NCBI RefSeq assembly: GCF_018977255.1
Contig: NW_024704742.1
Location: 67,644,001-67,708,000, forward strand
From: Callorhinchus milii
Lineage: Eukaryota
Direction: 5' to 3'
DNA length: 64,000 nt
The notes beneath the pieces were generated by a model, which saw only the letters and a program-made list of their open reading frames with translations, was not told the DNA's origin and ran no database searches. The position numbers and the translations under genes are program-made. Each line of letters starts with the position of its first letter. Position 1 is the stretch's first letter. This document shows, in pieces, positions 1-12,419 of this stretch.

Positions 1-690
1 AATAAAATGAAGCTATCCCAACAGTGCTCGGTAGCAGTGAGTAAGAAAAAACAGAATGCTAGGCTGTATTAAAAGGGCAACATTGAGCCGAAATAGTGGG
101 GTAACCTGCCACTTTACAAATTACTGGTACAACCTCACTTGGAATATTGTGTGCAGTTCTGATCACCGCAATATAAAAAGGATATTACAGCAATTGAATG
201 AGAGGATACAGAGGAGGGCAACCAAAATGATTGAGGGGATGGAGGGATTGGATATATCACTACCAGCATGGTTGCCGAAGCGATTAGATAAACTGGGCAT
301 GTTCACACTGGAGAATAGAAGGTTGAGGGGCAATATGATTGCGGTCCTTAGGATTCTGAAGGCAATAGATGATGTAGACCATGATAAGCTGTTTGATCTT
401 GTACTGAACACTAGAACCAGAGGACATGGCCTATGACTGAAGGGGGGTAAATTCAGAACAAATCTGCGGAAACACTATTTCAGTGAGCGAGTAGTAAACT
501 TATGGGAGACCGTGGAAACAGAAAATATCATTTGTTTCAAGAACAAATTAAGATAGATTTCTGCTAGAAAATAATATCTCAGGATACATTATATAGTTTG
601 GGACATGACATGTCAAGCGACTGCCAAGATGGTGGAAGGCGAACTGGATCGACCTTGGTCTTCTTGCACCTAGCAAATTCTTATGTTCTT
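1..690 (+). mobile_element. CR1 LINE 3' fragment (ORF2 C-terminus plus 3' tail), decayed
   Basis: ORF 56..436 has CR1 motifs (MLGCIKR, ERIQRRATKMI, LGMFTLENRRLRG, RTRGH); tail TTATGTTCTTAT near 680-692. Confidence 0.9.
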
Positions 691-984
691 ATAAACTGCA
701 GTAAATATCACTCCTTCCTCTTGTTTTTATTGAGCATGCGCAAGATGTCACCGAGCGTGATCGACCAGTTGGAGACTCCTGGTTTAGAGTATTGCATATT
801 GTTCTGGTTGCCATGACATAAAGAGACCACTCAGGCACTAGAGGTTGTGAAGACCAATAAGTATGACCCTCCACAAAAAGACGAATTGAGCTATGAGGGA
901 TGATTGATGCATTTCATCTCTAGATTCAAACTAAATTAATTGTATTGGAGTCATTTATTTACTTACGACATGTGTACATCTAAC

Positions 985-1022
985 CTCAGAATGCCTTTTA
1001 CGATGAATCCAGCTTTCGCCAT
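985..1022 (-). CDS. ST3GAL5: Probable first coding segment of GM3 synthase (lactosylceramide alpha-2,3-sialyltransferase), MAKAGFIVKGIL(R), within exon 985-1106
   Basis: Acceptor ctctctttctttccAG before 1106; ATG at 1022; peptide aligns by eye with human MRRPSLLLKDILK; phase-2 donor AG|GTTAGA at 985/984 matches the human exon-2 junction as I recall it; 122-bp exon; lies downstream of POLR1A on the same strand as in human. The peptide is short, so the call leans on synteny. Confidence 0.65.
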
Positions 1023-1194
1023 TCTTTACCGTCACGGCCAGTTTTGAATTTCCAGAAATTTAGAGAGAAACTTCTGTACTACAGTAAATCCTCTGAACCT
1101 GCACAGCTGGAAAGAAAGAGAGATTACTTAAGAGACTGTGGTTAGAACTATACTTTTTATCTACAACTTGTCTGCAAACAGAATCTAGACTATG

Positions 1195-1575
1195 TTGTCT
1201 TCAAAGCCCTCCTTGGGCTTGCTCACCCCTCCGTCTGCAACTTCCTAACCCCCTACCAACCTGCCCACTCCCTCCGCTCAGCGGGCTCAGGCCTGCTTCA
1301 CGTTTTCCGCCTTGTCTGCCCCACCATTGACGGGAGGGTCTTCTGCACTCTGCCCCATCCTCTGGAACTCCATCCTAAAGACCCTCCCCCTCCCCACCTT
1401 CCTTGCCTCCTTCAAGACCCTCCTCTTTAACCATACATTCGGTCACCCTCCTTCGCCCCTGCCCCCACACTCCCCGATCCTGATCCCCAGCTTGGGTACA
1501 AAACACTGACTGCCCAGCACCTTGGGATGTCCTCCTTACGTGAAAGGCGCTATACAAATGTAATTTTGTTGTTGT
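1195..1575 (+). mobile_element. L2 LINE 3' end
   Basis: SFKTLLF-type C-terminus, hairpin GGGATGTCCTCCTTACGTGAAAGGCGCT and (TTG)n tail. Confidence 0.85.
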
Positions 1576-1609
1576 TAAATAATTTAATTTCGTACTCAAG
1601 CTATATATT

Positions 1610-1856
1610 CTGATGTTCATGCTGAAAAAGAGAAGATTGAGAGGCAACATGATTGCCATCTTTAAGATTCTAAAGGGGTTAGACAATATAGATCATGACA
1701 TGTCCAGAATAGTAAAATTAGAGGACACGGCCTGCGATTGAAGGGGGGTAAATTCAGAACGAATCTACGCAAATACTATTTCAGGGAACGAATAGGCTCC
1801 CTAGGGAGATGGTTGAAGCAGGAAGTGTTGATTCTTTCAAACATAGATTAGATAAC
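1610..1856 (+). mobile_element. CR1 LINE fragment
   Basis: Similar to 300-560 (LKKRRLRGNMIAIFKILKG ... RGHGL). Confidence 0.8.
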
Positions 1857-2047
1857 AAACAATAATAAGTTGGTCACTTTCAATCCACGACTGCTTTGTG
1901 CAATTCTACTGTGTTTCGCCTACAAATATACAGTCAGTTCACTTTACAGCATATTGTGTGATGCACTTTGAGACGTCTAGAAGATGTGAAAAGCGCTATA
2001 TCAAATGCAACGATTATTATTATTTTCTTTTAGGAAATAACATCCGC

Positions 2048-3085
2048 CCACAGTAGAGAAACCGCGCTGGTCAAAGTGACAAATGACATTCTGTCCATCT
2101 GTGATCAGGGATCCCTCTGCCTCCTCGTTCTCCTTGACCTCTCTGCTGCTTTCGACACCGTTGACCGCTCTATCCTCATCCACCGCCTCTCCTCACCGGC
2201 ACTGTCCTTGATTGGTTCAGATCGTATCTCTCACACCGCCTGCACTTCATCTCCTCAAATGTAGAGGAGTGGTGGGGGGAGGGGGGGGCGAGGATAGGAA
2301 GAGTTGTCCGGGTGACGGTCCTAATTCTCTTGAGGAACATGTTTTGGTTGAATTCGACTTAGTGGATGCCTCGCTCACCCAAAAAAAACGCATGAAATAA
2401 ATTGAACTGCAAAGTTCTTACCAGGTCATTAGAAATGGAGGAGAGGCTCTGCCACTTTAAACTGTATCCAAATAAATCAGGTAGATTGTTACAAAAATGT
2501 AAATACAAGGCAGTGTACCATAAAATTAGTTTTGCTGCTAAGTGCTTGCAGTTAATTCTTAATCACATTGTATCAATAATATATAAACAAATAGGTTTCA
2601 GATTTATGTACTGTAAATGGAGTGGGTTATAAAAGTGCTAACAAATGAAGCCCTTATTTGCCTCAGGCGCTGACCGCATCACCATCCACGGTTGCACACT
2701 CCACCTTACTAAGCCAGTCCGGAACCTTGGCATCTTGTTTGACCCTCAACTATCCTTCCTACCCCACATCCGTGCCATATCCTACTCTGCCTTCCCCACC
2801 TCCACAACATCGCCCGGCTCCGAAACTGTCTCACTCTGCAGGCTGCCAAGACCCTCATACACGCATTCATTGCATCCAGGTTCAACTACATAAACGCCCT
2901 GCTTGTCGGCCTCTGCAACTCCTCCCTCCATAGACTGTTGATCATCTAGGACTCTACAGCCCGTGTCCTCTCCTGCATCAGGTTCTGCAACCCTATCACC
3001 CCCATCCTCGCCCAACTCCACTGGCTTCCCATCATACAGAGGATACATTTCAAGATCCTGGTCCTCACCTTCAAAGCCCTCCATG
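2048..3085 (+). mobile_element. L2 LINE ORF2 fragments (about 2048-2258 and 2650-3085)
   Basis: KVTNDIL...[29 protein letters not shown] motifs. Confidence 0.85.
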
Positions 3086-3119
3086 ATCATTTCGTCGGAA
3101 ATGCTTTCCAAGATGCTGG

Positions 3120-3480
3120 ACAGTCAAGAATTTGCACCCGAGCTGGGGATTGAGATCAGGAAGGGTGGAGGGTTAGGAGGGCGATTATAGATGCGATCGA
3201 AAAGAAGGGTCTTGAAAGAGCCAAGTTGAAGGAGGCAAAGTAGGGGACAAGGCGAAGGGACTGTGGGATGGAGTTCCAAAAGGTGGGGGCAGAAAGGCTG
3301 AAGACCGCCGATGGTGGAGCAAGCAAGGGCAGGGCACATGGAACATACTGACCGGAGGTAGTGGAGAGGTTGGTATGCAGTAAGCAGGTCACCAAGGTAG
3401 GGAGGAGCAAGGCGGTGGGAGGGCTTTGAAAGCAAATACAAAGATTTTGAACTCTGTCCTCTGGGGAGTTGGAAGCCAGT
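3120..3480 (-). mobile_element. L2 LINE 3' fragment
   Basis: LHWLPTPQRTEFKI...APTFWNSIP motifs. Confidence 0.8.
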
Positions 3481-6400
3481 GTAACTTCAAACTAATTTGT
3501 AACCGCAGAATACACATCAAAGGAACTTTTAGGATTATACAAGCTGTGGCAAATATGTAAAAACCCAGGAAAACAGGAAGCAAATAGTTTACAGCTGGCT
3601 CTAAAAGGAATGTATGGGAACATTCTCTGAAGCTCTGTACAGCAGAAGTCCATTAATGTCACAAGACCATTGGAATCATGAATGATATTGCTTGAAATAT
3701 TATTTTGGTTCAGTTAGAAATGCTTTTGTTAACTAACCCGTGGAATGACAATCTTGATAACAAATTGGTTGTTTGATCAGTGAATGTTGCGGATCACATG
3801 CCAGTCCGTATTGGAATGATTTGTAGATATTATAAAAGTATTTGATTTATACCACTCCTTTTGCCAGGCTGATGAGAAATTTAGGTGCACTGTTTGGGCT
3901 GGGACTCGCTGTGAATTCACAAATATTCATTCAGAGCAGTAAAGGGGACTGCAAGACTGTAAGACTGCAAGGCTGCAAGACGTGTTTCAAGATGATGTGT
4001 GGCTTCTTCATTGACAATATAACAATTCTTAAACTTAGTTAAGATCCTAACTCATGTTGAACTATTCTATTGTTTTATGTGTTCTGTTTCTGTAAAAGTG
4101 CAACAATTCCTCTTAATATAGTTGCACTAATCCCTTACTCCATTCATCTCTTAATGGGAAGCACAGAAAATAAAGTAGATTAGGTCCAAGATTTTATATA
4201 CTGTATAAATCTTCAGCAAATTGATTATTCCTATTGATTTTTTACTATTGAAATTTCAAAAATAATAATTTTAAATAATAAAATAATAATCCACAACTGT
4301 TTGTGGGACACTGCTGTGCCCAATTGGCTGCCATGTTTCACCCACAAAATATACGCTCCGAGACACAATTCGGCAGGAAGGGCACTATATCAGTGCAAGT
4401 TATTGGTATTCAGTCATTCACTTCACTGTATCAAAAACAGAAGTCACTGGGAAGCTTTTAGATTCCCAGCATCTGCAGTATTTTGTTCACTTTACAGTAT
4501 ATTTGGTGAAACACTTTAATAAGTCTCGAAGATGCGATAAGGCGCTATATCAAATGGAAGTATTATTATTATTATTAATTATTATCTGAATCAGCTAAAT
4601 TGAAGAGTTAATATCTAAGCATGATGTATGTTATGGAGTAGTTGATATAACTTTAGATAAAATGTTATGCGAAAATGATAGTATATGTGCCTTGAAGTTA
4701 AATTGATTCAGAAGTAAGACGTGTTTATTACAGCTCTCTTGTTAGTTGTTGATGTAACAGTCCTACATTGTTTTAGTTTGAATCAGCTCATGGGTACTGT
4801 ACCCAAGGAGGGTCCCAGCTTGTTTAAACCAGGCTGGAAACTACTATTAGGTGAGTGAGGACATGCAAATTTGCATGGACTATCCTGATGTTTAAAAAAC
4901 AAGGATAATTATAAAAGAGTTATAGCTAAGCTATACTTTGTTCAGTCAGAATTGGTCATCCTGGCATTGGGCCCGAGGTGATGAGAGCGAGTAATATAAT
5001 AATAATCCTTGCATTTGATATAGCGCTTTTAACGTCTTCTAGATGTCTCAAAGCACTTCACAGAATAGACTGTAAAGTGAATTGACTATATTTGTGGGTG
5101 AAAAGCGGCAGCCAATTGAGCACAGCAATGTCCCACAAACAGTCGTGGATTGAAGTGATCAATTTATTATTGTTTTTTTTCTTGAGGGATTATTATCAGG
5201 CGTGTGGAGTAATGAAACTCGCTGTGTGAAAAAAATTCTTCTCACCTCTCCTCTGCTTATTTTAGAAACTATTTTAAATCTATGACCTTGAGTCACCGAC
5301 AATCCCTCCAACCAATTGCCCCCCCCCCCCCCCCGCAACATCGGGAAAAAAACAAAAGAAAACAGCAACAATATGAGAATATAACTGTTGGAGATTCAAC
5401 TTTGGTCTTTTGACTTTGGCCAGCCAAGCATCCCACTATTATCAACTCAGAGAGTTAATGCTACTTACTGTAACTCCCAGGTTCAACAGAGCAATTAATT
5501 GTACTAAGAACTGCACCTTTGGACAAGCCTACGCAAGAAATTTATAATACTCATAAATTTATGAACTTTGATATTGACATCACAGTAACAATGCTATACT
5601 TGATTATGACTTGATTATGTTTGTGGTAACCTTGCTTATTGTACAATAATTTTGTTGATTTAAATACTGCAATGTTTCTGTCTTATTAAGTAAACAAACA
5701 TTAAAAAAATATCAACTATAAGTGACTTTGGTTCTTCTGTTCACAAGTTCTTCATATAAAATTTCAACTAACAGAATAAAGCTGTCTTTTCTGGCTACAC
5801 CTTTGTCCAGGCTACAACAATGTGGTTAACTCCACTCCTCAATATACCTTTGAACCCAACAAGACAAAAGCTGTAGTTCACCTATTTGCCTTTCTAGTTG
5901 GAATTTACACTTCAACATATGATCTTTCTTTGAACTTTAATCTCATCATAATTGCAAAATATATGTGTGCAGATGTTACTGTGGAAGCATATGAAGAGGG
6001 GAATTTGGGAGAATTCTCAGACTCACTCATGTTTCTGATTTTGTAAGTCAGCACTGATGGGGCAAAAAAAATCAAGATGAGGCAAGTTAAAATTAGTTGC
6101 CACTTGTTTAGCAAGATTTTCTCCCCTTTCATGTAGCCTCTGTTTACCTAGCAGTAAGTAGGAACCCAGTTTGACAGATCGCTTTTAATAATTGCTTTTA
6201 AAAAAATGTGTTCACTCAATCCACGACTGTGTGTGGGGACACTGCTGTATGCCATTGGCTGCCACTTTTTGCTCACATAATTTACAGTCAATTCATTTTA
6301 CAGTATATTCTGTGAAGCGCTTTGACACGTCTCAATGACGTGATAAAGTGCTATATTAAATGCAAGGATTATTATAGCTGCAGGTTTTCAATGGAAAATT

Positions 6401-6519
6401 AGGCACGTGGGATTATTTTTTAAATTTCTTAATCTGACACATACTCAGACACACTTAGTTTCTGGGAGCCATCATAGGCTATCAATGAATTTGTTTTGCT
6501 TTTAAATAAAGTAATTATT

Positions 6520-7035
6520 CAAGATCCTCATCCTCACCTACAAGGCCATTCACGGCCTCGCTCCCTCCTACCTCTCTGACCTACTATCCCCCTACCTACC
6601 TGCCCGTACCCTCCGTTCCTCTGGCTCCGGTCTGCTCCACATCCGCCGCCCCAACCGCCCTACCATCGGTGGCCGGGCCTTCAGCCTCTCAGCCCCGAGG
6701 CTCTGGAACTCTATCCCCCAGTGCCTTCTCCGCTTCCTCCCTTTCCTCCTTCAAGGCCGGTCTCAAGACCTTTCTCTTTGACTGTGCCTTCAGTTCCCCT
6801 CTCGACTCTCTACCCCCTCCTCGCTCCCTCCCTTCCCTCCCCCTGACCATTTCCCCCTTCCTCGCTCCCTCCCTTCCCTCCCCTCACCCTGACCATCTCC
6901 CCTCGTCGCTCCCTCCCTTCCCTCCCCTCACCCTGACCATTTCCACCCTGCTCGGGTCCTGATCCAACTGTGCAGCGCCTAGGGACGTCCTCCCAACGTG
7001 AAAGGCGCTCTATAAGTGGAATCCTGTTGTTGTTG
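6520..7035 (+). mobile_element. L2 LINE 3' end with a triplicated 3'UTR unit
   Basis: FKILILTYKAIHGLAPSYL...SFKAGLKTFLF; hairpin and (GTT)n tail. Confidence 0.9.
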
Positions 7036-8289
7036 TAATTCAATTTTCTTTTCGAATGACTTTAAAGTCCACTGTTGCAATTAAAAGTATTATCTAGATA
7101 TCCTATTGTGAGCATGAAGAAAATAACACTCAAAGGCAGCAATATATTGCTATTCATTGCAGGAAATTGAAAGAATGTTATTTTTGGCCAGCCAAACATC
7201 TTTAGACATGCAAGATTATATTATTATTATCATCCTGAACAGACAGACAGGACCTCAGTTCAATACCTCACCTAAAGAATGAATAGAGAAACTGACCTCA
7301 GCAAAGACCACTAATTAAGACATGTACTGCAAGTCTCACTGTTCATATTCAAAAAGTTATACAGGCAAGTCCATGTCAGCCTGGCTCAACTGGTAGTACT
7401 CTCGCCCAAGCCAGGAGGTTGCAGGTTCAAGCTCACAATGGGATTTAGCACTCATATAGTCCAAGCTGCCTGCATAGTTTCCATTGTCTTGCACAGACAG
7501 TGCCCTCTCTCTTCAAAGGGAACTAACTATACAGTTAATGGATTAGGTACAATAGGCATAATCCTCTGAGGAGAAAGTAAATTAAATGTTTTCTTTTAAT
7601 AAGGACCTTGTAGCTTATTCTTTTTTTGGTCAGCCGGGCATCTGACATATTCGGAAACCCAAGCTTAATAGTATCCAAACCAAACAAAGTTCCATGCATC
7701 CCACCTATACATGGAAATTTCTGAGATATTATGGGAATGAATATTTGGGAATGGAATGCACACCCATTCCCTGGAGTGACACATCCTGGTTACCTAATCC
7801 CGGAGAGTATTAGGCACAGATTGGCAAGAGGATAGAGGAGGCTTGGGCCCCAGAGTGTTCATTGGGGTATTGCTGGAGTCTAACCAGCTAAAATCGCATA
7901 GTTTGCCGTTGAAAGCACAGATCATTGGCAGACTCTACCAGCTCTGACATCTTTCACATTGGGGCGATGCATTTGATGTAGCGCCTGATCAAGTCATACA
8001 GACGGCTCAAAGGTTCCTCTGGTGTACTGGCGAATAATTCCACAAGTTAAAAAAAAATTGGTCATTTATTTCATGGCTGTTTGTGGTACATTGCTGTGTG
8101 CAAACTGGCTGCCATATTCACCCACAAAACAGTCACTGCACTTTACATATATCCTGTGAAGTCCTTTGAAACATCTGCCCCATGTGAAAGGCACTATATG
8201 AAATTAAACATTATCATCATGGAATGTCTCATTAATTAGTCTCCACCAATAAATCACAAATTCTGAGACATTGCTCATTAACAGAGGCA

Positions 8290-9080
8290 GATTAATGCCA
8301 GTGCTTTTGATATAGTTCTTGGATGTTTCCAGGGAATCATCATCCAATCTTTCTTGTTCCTCTTCCTACCCTTCCTCTCTTTCCTCTCCTTTACAGCAAT
8401 GTGCCAAGCCACCAGTCGGCATTTCCCACAACAGCAGTGCAATGCACTGTGCATGTAAGCCACTACGATATGCATCCCACCTACACATGGAAATTCCAGA
8501 GATAGATTGTTGGAATGGAATATGCCAAGACCGCCACAAAGGACTGGACTGGCTCGATTCCAATATGCCATTGCCAAGTGCATCATCTTGGAGCCAGTTC
8601 TAAGGAGAACCCTCCCCACAAGGAAGATAGTCACTAGTTAGTGGCTTGACATCCGACAAATGTGAGTTTCAGCCCTCACTAGGTGGATGGTAGGCCCTAG
8701 AAACTTCCTGCAAGCTTCTGAGTGGGCAATAACGCAGCATGAAATGTATGAGGGCAGTACCACCATCTTCCTGTCCATAGCATGGACATACATCCCTTCC
8801 CATTAAGGGATGGTTCCACCAGTTGGCGATGCAGAGTTTGACCAACAGCTGCTTACCTCTCTGCAAGTCAATCAAGGTGGATTCCAGGTGCTGGAGTGCT
8901 TGCAATGGAGGGAGAGCTCCAGCCTACACTGACTTGTCGCTAAGCACCCTGAAGGCAAGTGGGCACGTCTATTTACCAAGGCCCCTCATGTGAGGACCTG
9001 GAATAAGCAGCTGGTGTTGAGTAAGCCAGGTATATGGTATTGGACTTCAAGGTGACTACCTCGAGAACATCACAGTGGCT
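8290..9080 (-). repeat. Old interspersed repeat, possibly an R2/HERO-like non-LTR relic
   Basis: Shares sequence with 7690-7770, 14250-14760 and 55600-55760; decayed LRTGSK motif. Confidence 0.4.
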
Positions 9081-9573
9081 ACCATGTCACGAGTTGTCTT
9101 GTAAAGATGTGATAAGGCGCTATATCAAATGCAAGGATTATTATTATAATAGAAGTCCTCCTACCAAGCTGAAAGAAGATGAAGGCTTGAGACGACAATT
9201 GCTGAAAGGCGTTACCTGCAGTCAGAGTTCATGAACACATTCGTATAACTAGTTGCAAATTAAGTGGTTAGTTAACATCTGCAATCATATTCTCAAACAA
9301 ATTATGAAATTAACAGTTAAGTAATTAAACAATTAATAAGTGTTAAATGACTCTCCTGCACTATTTCTTCAAACATTTTGACAATTTCCCATTCACCTCA
9401 AAATCCAGTTATAAAGGTAGAATACCTCATAACCTGGGCCAATAGAAAAGTGCAGCTGCACTTTTTCCGTGGAATCCACTGCAAACATCACTCTCCACGA
9501 CAAATATGGTTTCTGGTACGTGGGCCTCATGACTGTTTACCTGAAATCACTGCCCGCTGGGCAGGTCTGGGCA

Positions 9574-10630
9574 ACATTTTGTCCATCTGCAACCAGGGCT
9601 ACCTCTGCCTCCTTATCCTCCTTGACCTCTCTGCTGCCTTCCATACCGTTGACCACTCTATCCTCCTCCACAGTCTCTCCCCTCACCTCAACCTTCATGG
9701 TTCTGTCCTTGACTGGTTTAGATCCTACCTCTCACACCATCTCCACTTCATCTCCACAAACGGTTTCCACTTTAGTCCTCGCACCAGCTTGTGCGGTGTT
9801 CCTCAAGGCTCTGTCCTTGGTCCCCTCCTCTTCAATATCTATATGCTCCCTCTTGGTGACATCATCCACAGACGTGGGGTCAACTTCCACATGTATGCAG
9901 ATGACACCCAACTCTATCTCTCTGCCTCCACCCTCGACTCGTGGACCACTGCTGTGCTGACAGAATGTCTGTCAGACATTAAGTCCTGGTTGAGAGCAAA
10001 CTTTCTTGAGTAGCTCTTGAACATCAACAAGACCGAGGCTCTCCTGATTGGCTCCCGTTAGCGCCTCTACACCTCAGACACTGACAGCATCATCATCATG
10101 GATGCACACTGCACCTTACTAAGCCAGCCCAGAACCCTGGCATCTTGTTTGATCCTCAACTATCCTTTCTACCCCACATCCATGCCATGAACTGCTCTGC
10201 CTTCCCCCACCTCCGCAACATCACCCAGCTCTGCCATTGTCTCACACCGCAGATCGCTGAGACCCTCGTACACGCATTCATAACATCTAAGCTCGACTAC
10301 GTCAATTCCCTGCTTATTGGCCTCCCTAACTCCTCCCTCCATAAGCTGCAAATCATTCAGAACTCTGCAGCCCATGTCTTCTCCCGCACCTGGCTCCGCG
10401 ACCCTATAAACCCCATCCTCACCCGTCTCCACTGGCTTCCCATCACACAGAGGATACAGTTCATGATCCTGGTCTTCACCTGCATCTCCCTCCAAGGCCT
10501 TGCTCCCACCTATCTCTGCGATCTTCTAACCCCTACCAATCTGCCCGCTCCCTCCCCTCAGTGGGCTCCGGCCTGCTTCATGTCCCCCACCTCACCATTG
10601 GCGGGTGGGCCTTCTGCCACTCTGCCCCCA
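9574..10630 (+). mobile_element. L2 LINE ORF2 RT fragment (pseudogenic)
   Basis: [35 protein letters not shown] motifs; stops and frameshifts. Confidence 0.95.
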
Positions 10631-11746
10631 TTCCATAACAAAGACCTGTATAAAACTAGGAAAAATAATATGCTGATGCATACGTCATTCAGTGTTCATT
10701 CACTCCAGGTGGCGTGGCTTCATCAAGCAATCACAAACCCAGCAAAAATGCATCTCCATTCAAACTAGCTTTGATGAACAAAATTATTCGCTTGGGATTA
10801 ATTTAGTTACAAAAATAATCACATTCATTTCGCAAGGTCATTATTTTAGAACAAGCTGAGCCACCCTTAACTGTATAGCTGATAAACATGCAGTGTCAAA
10901 GAAAATGAAAGACAACCAACAAACTTTGCAACTAATCAAATAATGCATCACGATTTGCAATTTACAACACAAGCATTTCCATAGCATTCTTTGATCTTTG
11001 AACAAACCAGTCAAAGAATGTAGTAGGCCTTTGTCTATTGAACTTCAAGTAGCTTTTTAATTTGGAGGAAGAAAAATTAAACTTCAATGTGTGTTTTGTT
11101 TACAGTAACATATCTGTAAACACTTTCATTCATACCAGGTATGAATCAAATGGCAGAGAAAGATAAAGTCTTTAAAAAATCTGTCTGCCTTTGTCCTTAC
11201 AGTTTTCTTTTATGTAGGAACAACATGCTTAAGATGTTTTAAACCATCTAACCAACCATCACTGCATATGGTTTGAGTTTTAATACACAAGGCCTCAATA
11301 CATGATCCAGTGAATTAATGACAGCACATATGCCAGCTCTTTCTGATCAGCATTAAATCACCAGTTTTGTCCCGAGTTTCTTGGGTATCTGTAGAAGAAT
11401 GCCAGCTAATTTATTTTATCCTTTTATGCAACTATTTCTGTAGGTTCAACTGCTTAGCATTGTATCAAGACATGCCCCAGCTTGAATCTGACCGGTCTTT
11501 CGCTCACTATCACAGCTTTAACAAGTTTTACAAGAAGCATTCCACTGCCATTATCTGCGGAAATGTTTGGTCTCTCAATATTATTTTGCTTGCACTGACC
11601 GATTTGAATATGCAAGCATAACAGTGTTCCTCGTTTACCTTATTAAAACATTCTAATGACTTTAGGCCAGCTACGTGATTGGAAGTTGTTCCTACCTATT
11701 CCTCTGTTACTTGCTGCATGATACAATCAGTTATTACAACTACAAC

Positions 11747-12060
11747 GTGGAGTCCTGTAGCTCAGTGGTTAGAGCACTCGCTTTGCAAGTGAGAGACCTG
11801 AGTTCAATTCCCGGCAGAGGGCGAAACCTTGGGCAAGTTTCCTTACTCCACACAGAGCCTAATAATAATCCCTCCAAAACCAAAAACAATAATAAATTGG
11901 TCATTTTCAATCTATGACTGTTTGTGGGACATTGCTGTGCGCAATTGGCTGCCGCGTTCGCCCACAAATATACAGTCAATTCACTTTAGTGTGTTCTGTG
12001 AAGCGCTTTGAGACGTCCTCCCGACGTGAAAAGCGCTATATCAAATGCAAGGATTTTTTT
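11747..12060 (+). mobile_element. Young tRNA-derived SINE (Deu-like core, L2-type tail)
   Basis: A box TAGCTCAGTGG, B box GTTCAATTCC, TGC anticodon-like loop, core TTTGTGGGACATTGCTGTGCGCAATTGGCTGCCGCG; near-identical copies at 16200, 18991 and 32579. Confidence 0.95.
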
Positions 12061-12419
12061 TAATATAAATATTATCAAATATTATCATTTCCTTTCACCA
12101 CCCACACAAACAAAAGTAACAACCACAATTTATATAGCATGCAGAGGGCTTAACAATGACATAGTTTAATATGGGGGTGAGCTGACAGTTTAGCATTTCT
12201 TAGCCCCCACGGCTCGGAGTCGGGCTCTCCCAAGTTGTTGTTGTTGTTCTACTGGAGTACTGCTCATAATTGTTACCAGGCTATTTGAATATAAAAACTC
12301 TTCACAATCATAATCTGATATTCACATATATCAGGAATTTCTAAGGTACAGTGCTGATTCATTTAACTGGGTGGTGCACGATTATCACTGTGCTTCTACG
12401 AAAATGTCAACATTGCTGC

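Noticed and set aside
11749..11822. tRNA-Ala-like gene
   Set aside because: It is the SINE head: it continues into the SINE body and recurs in many copies, with an imperfect acceptor stem
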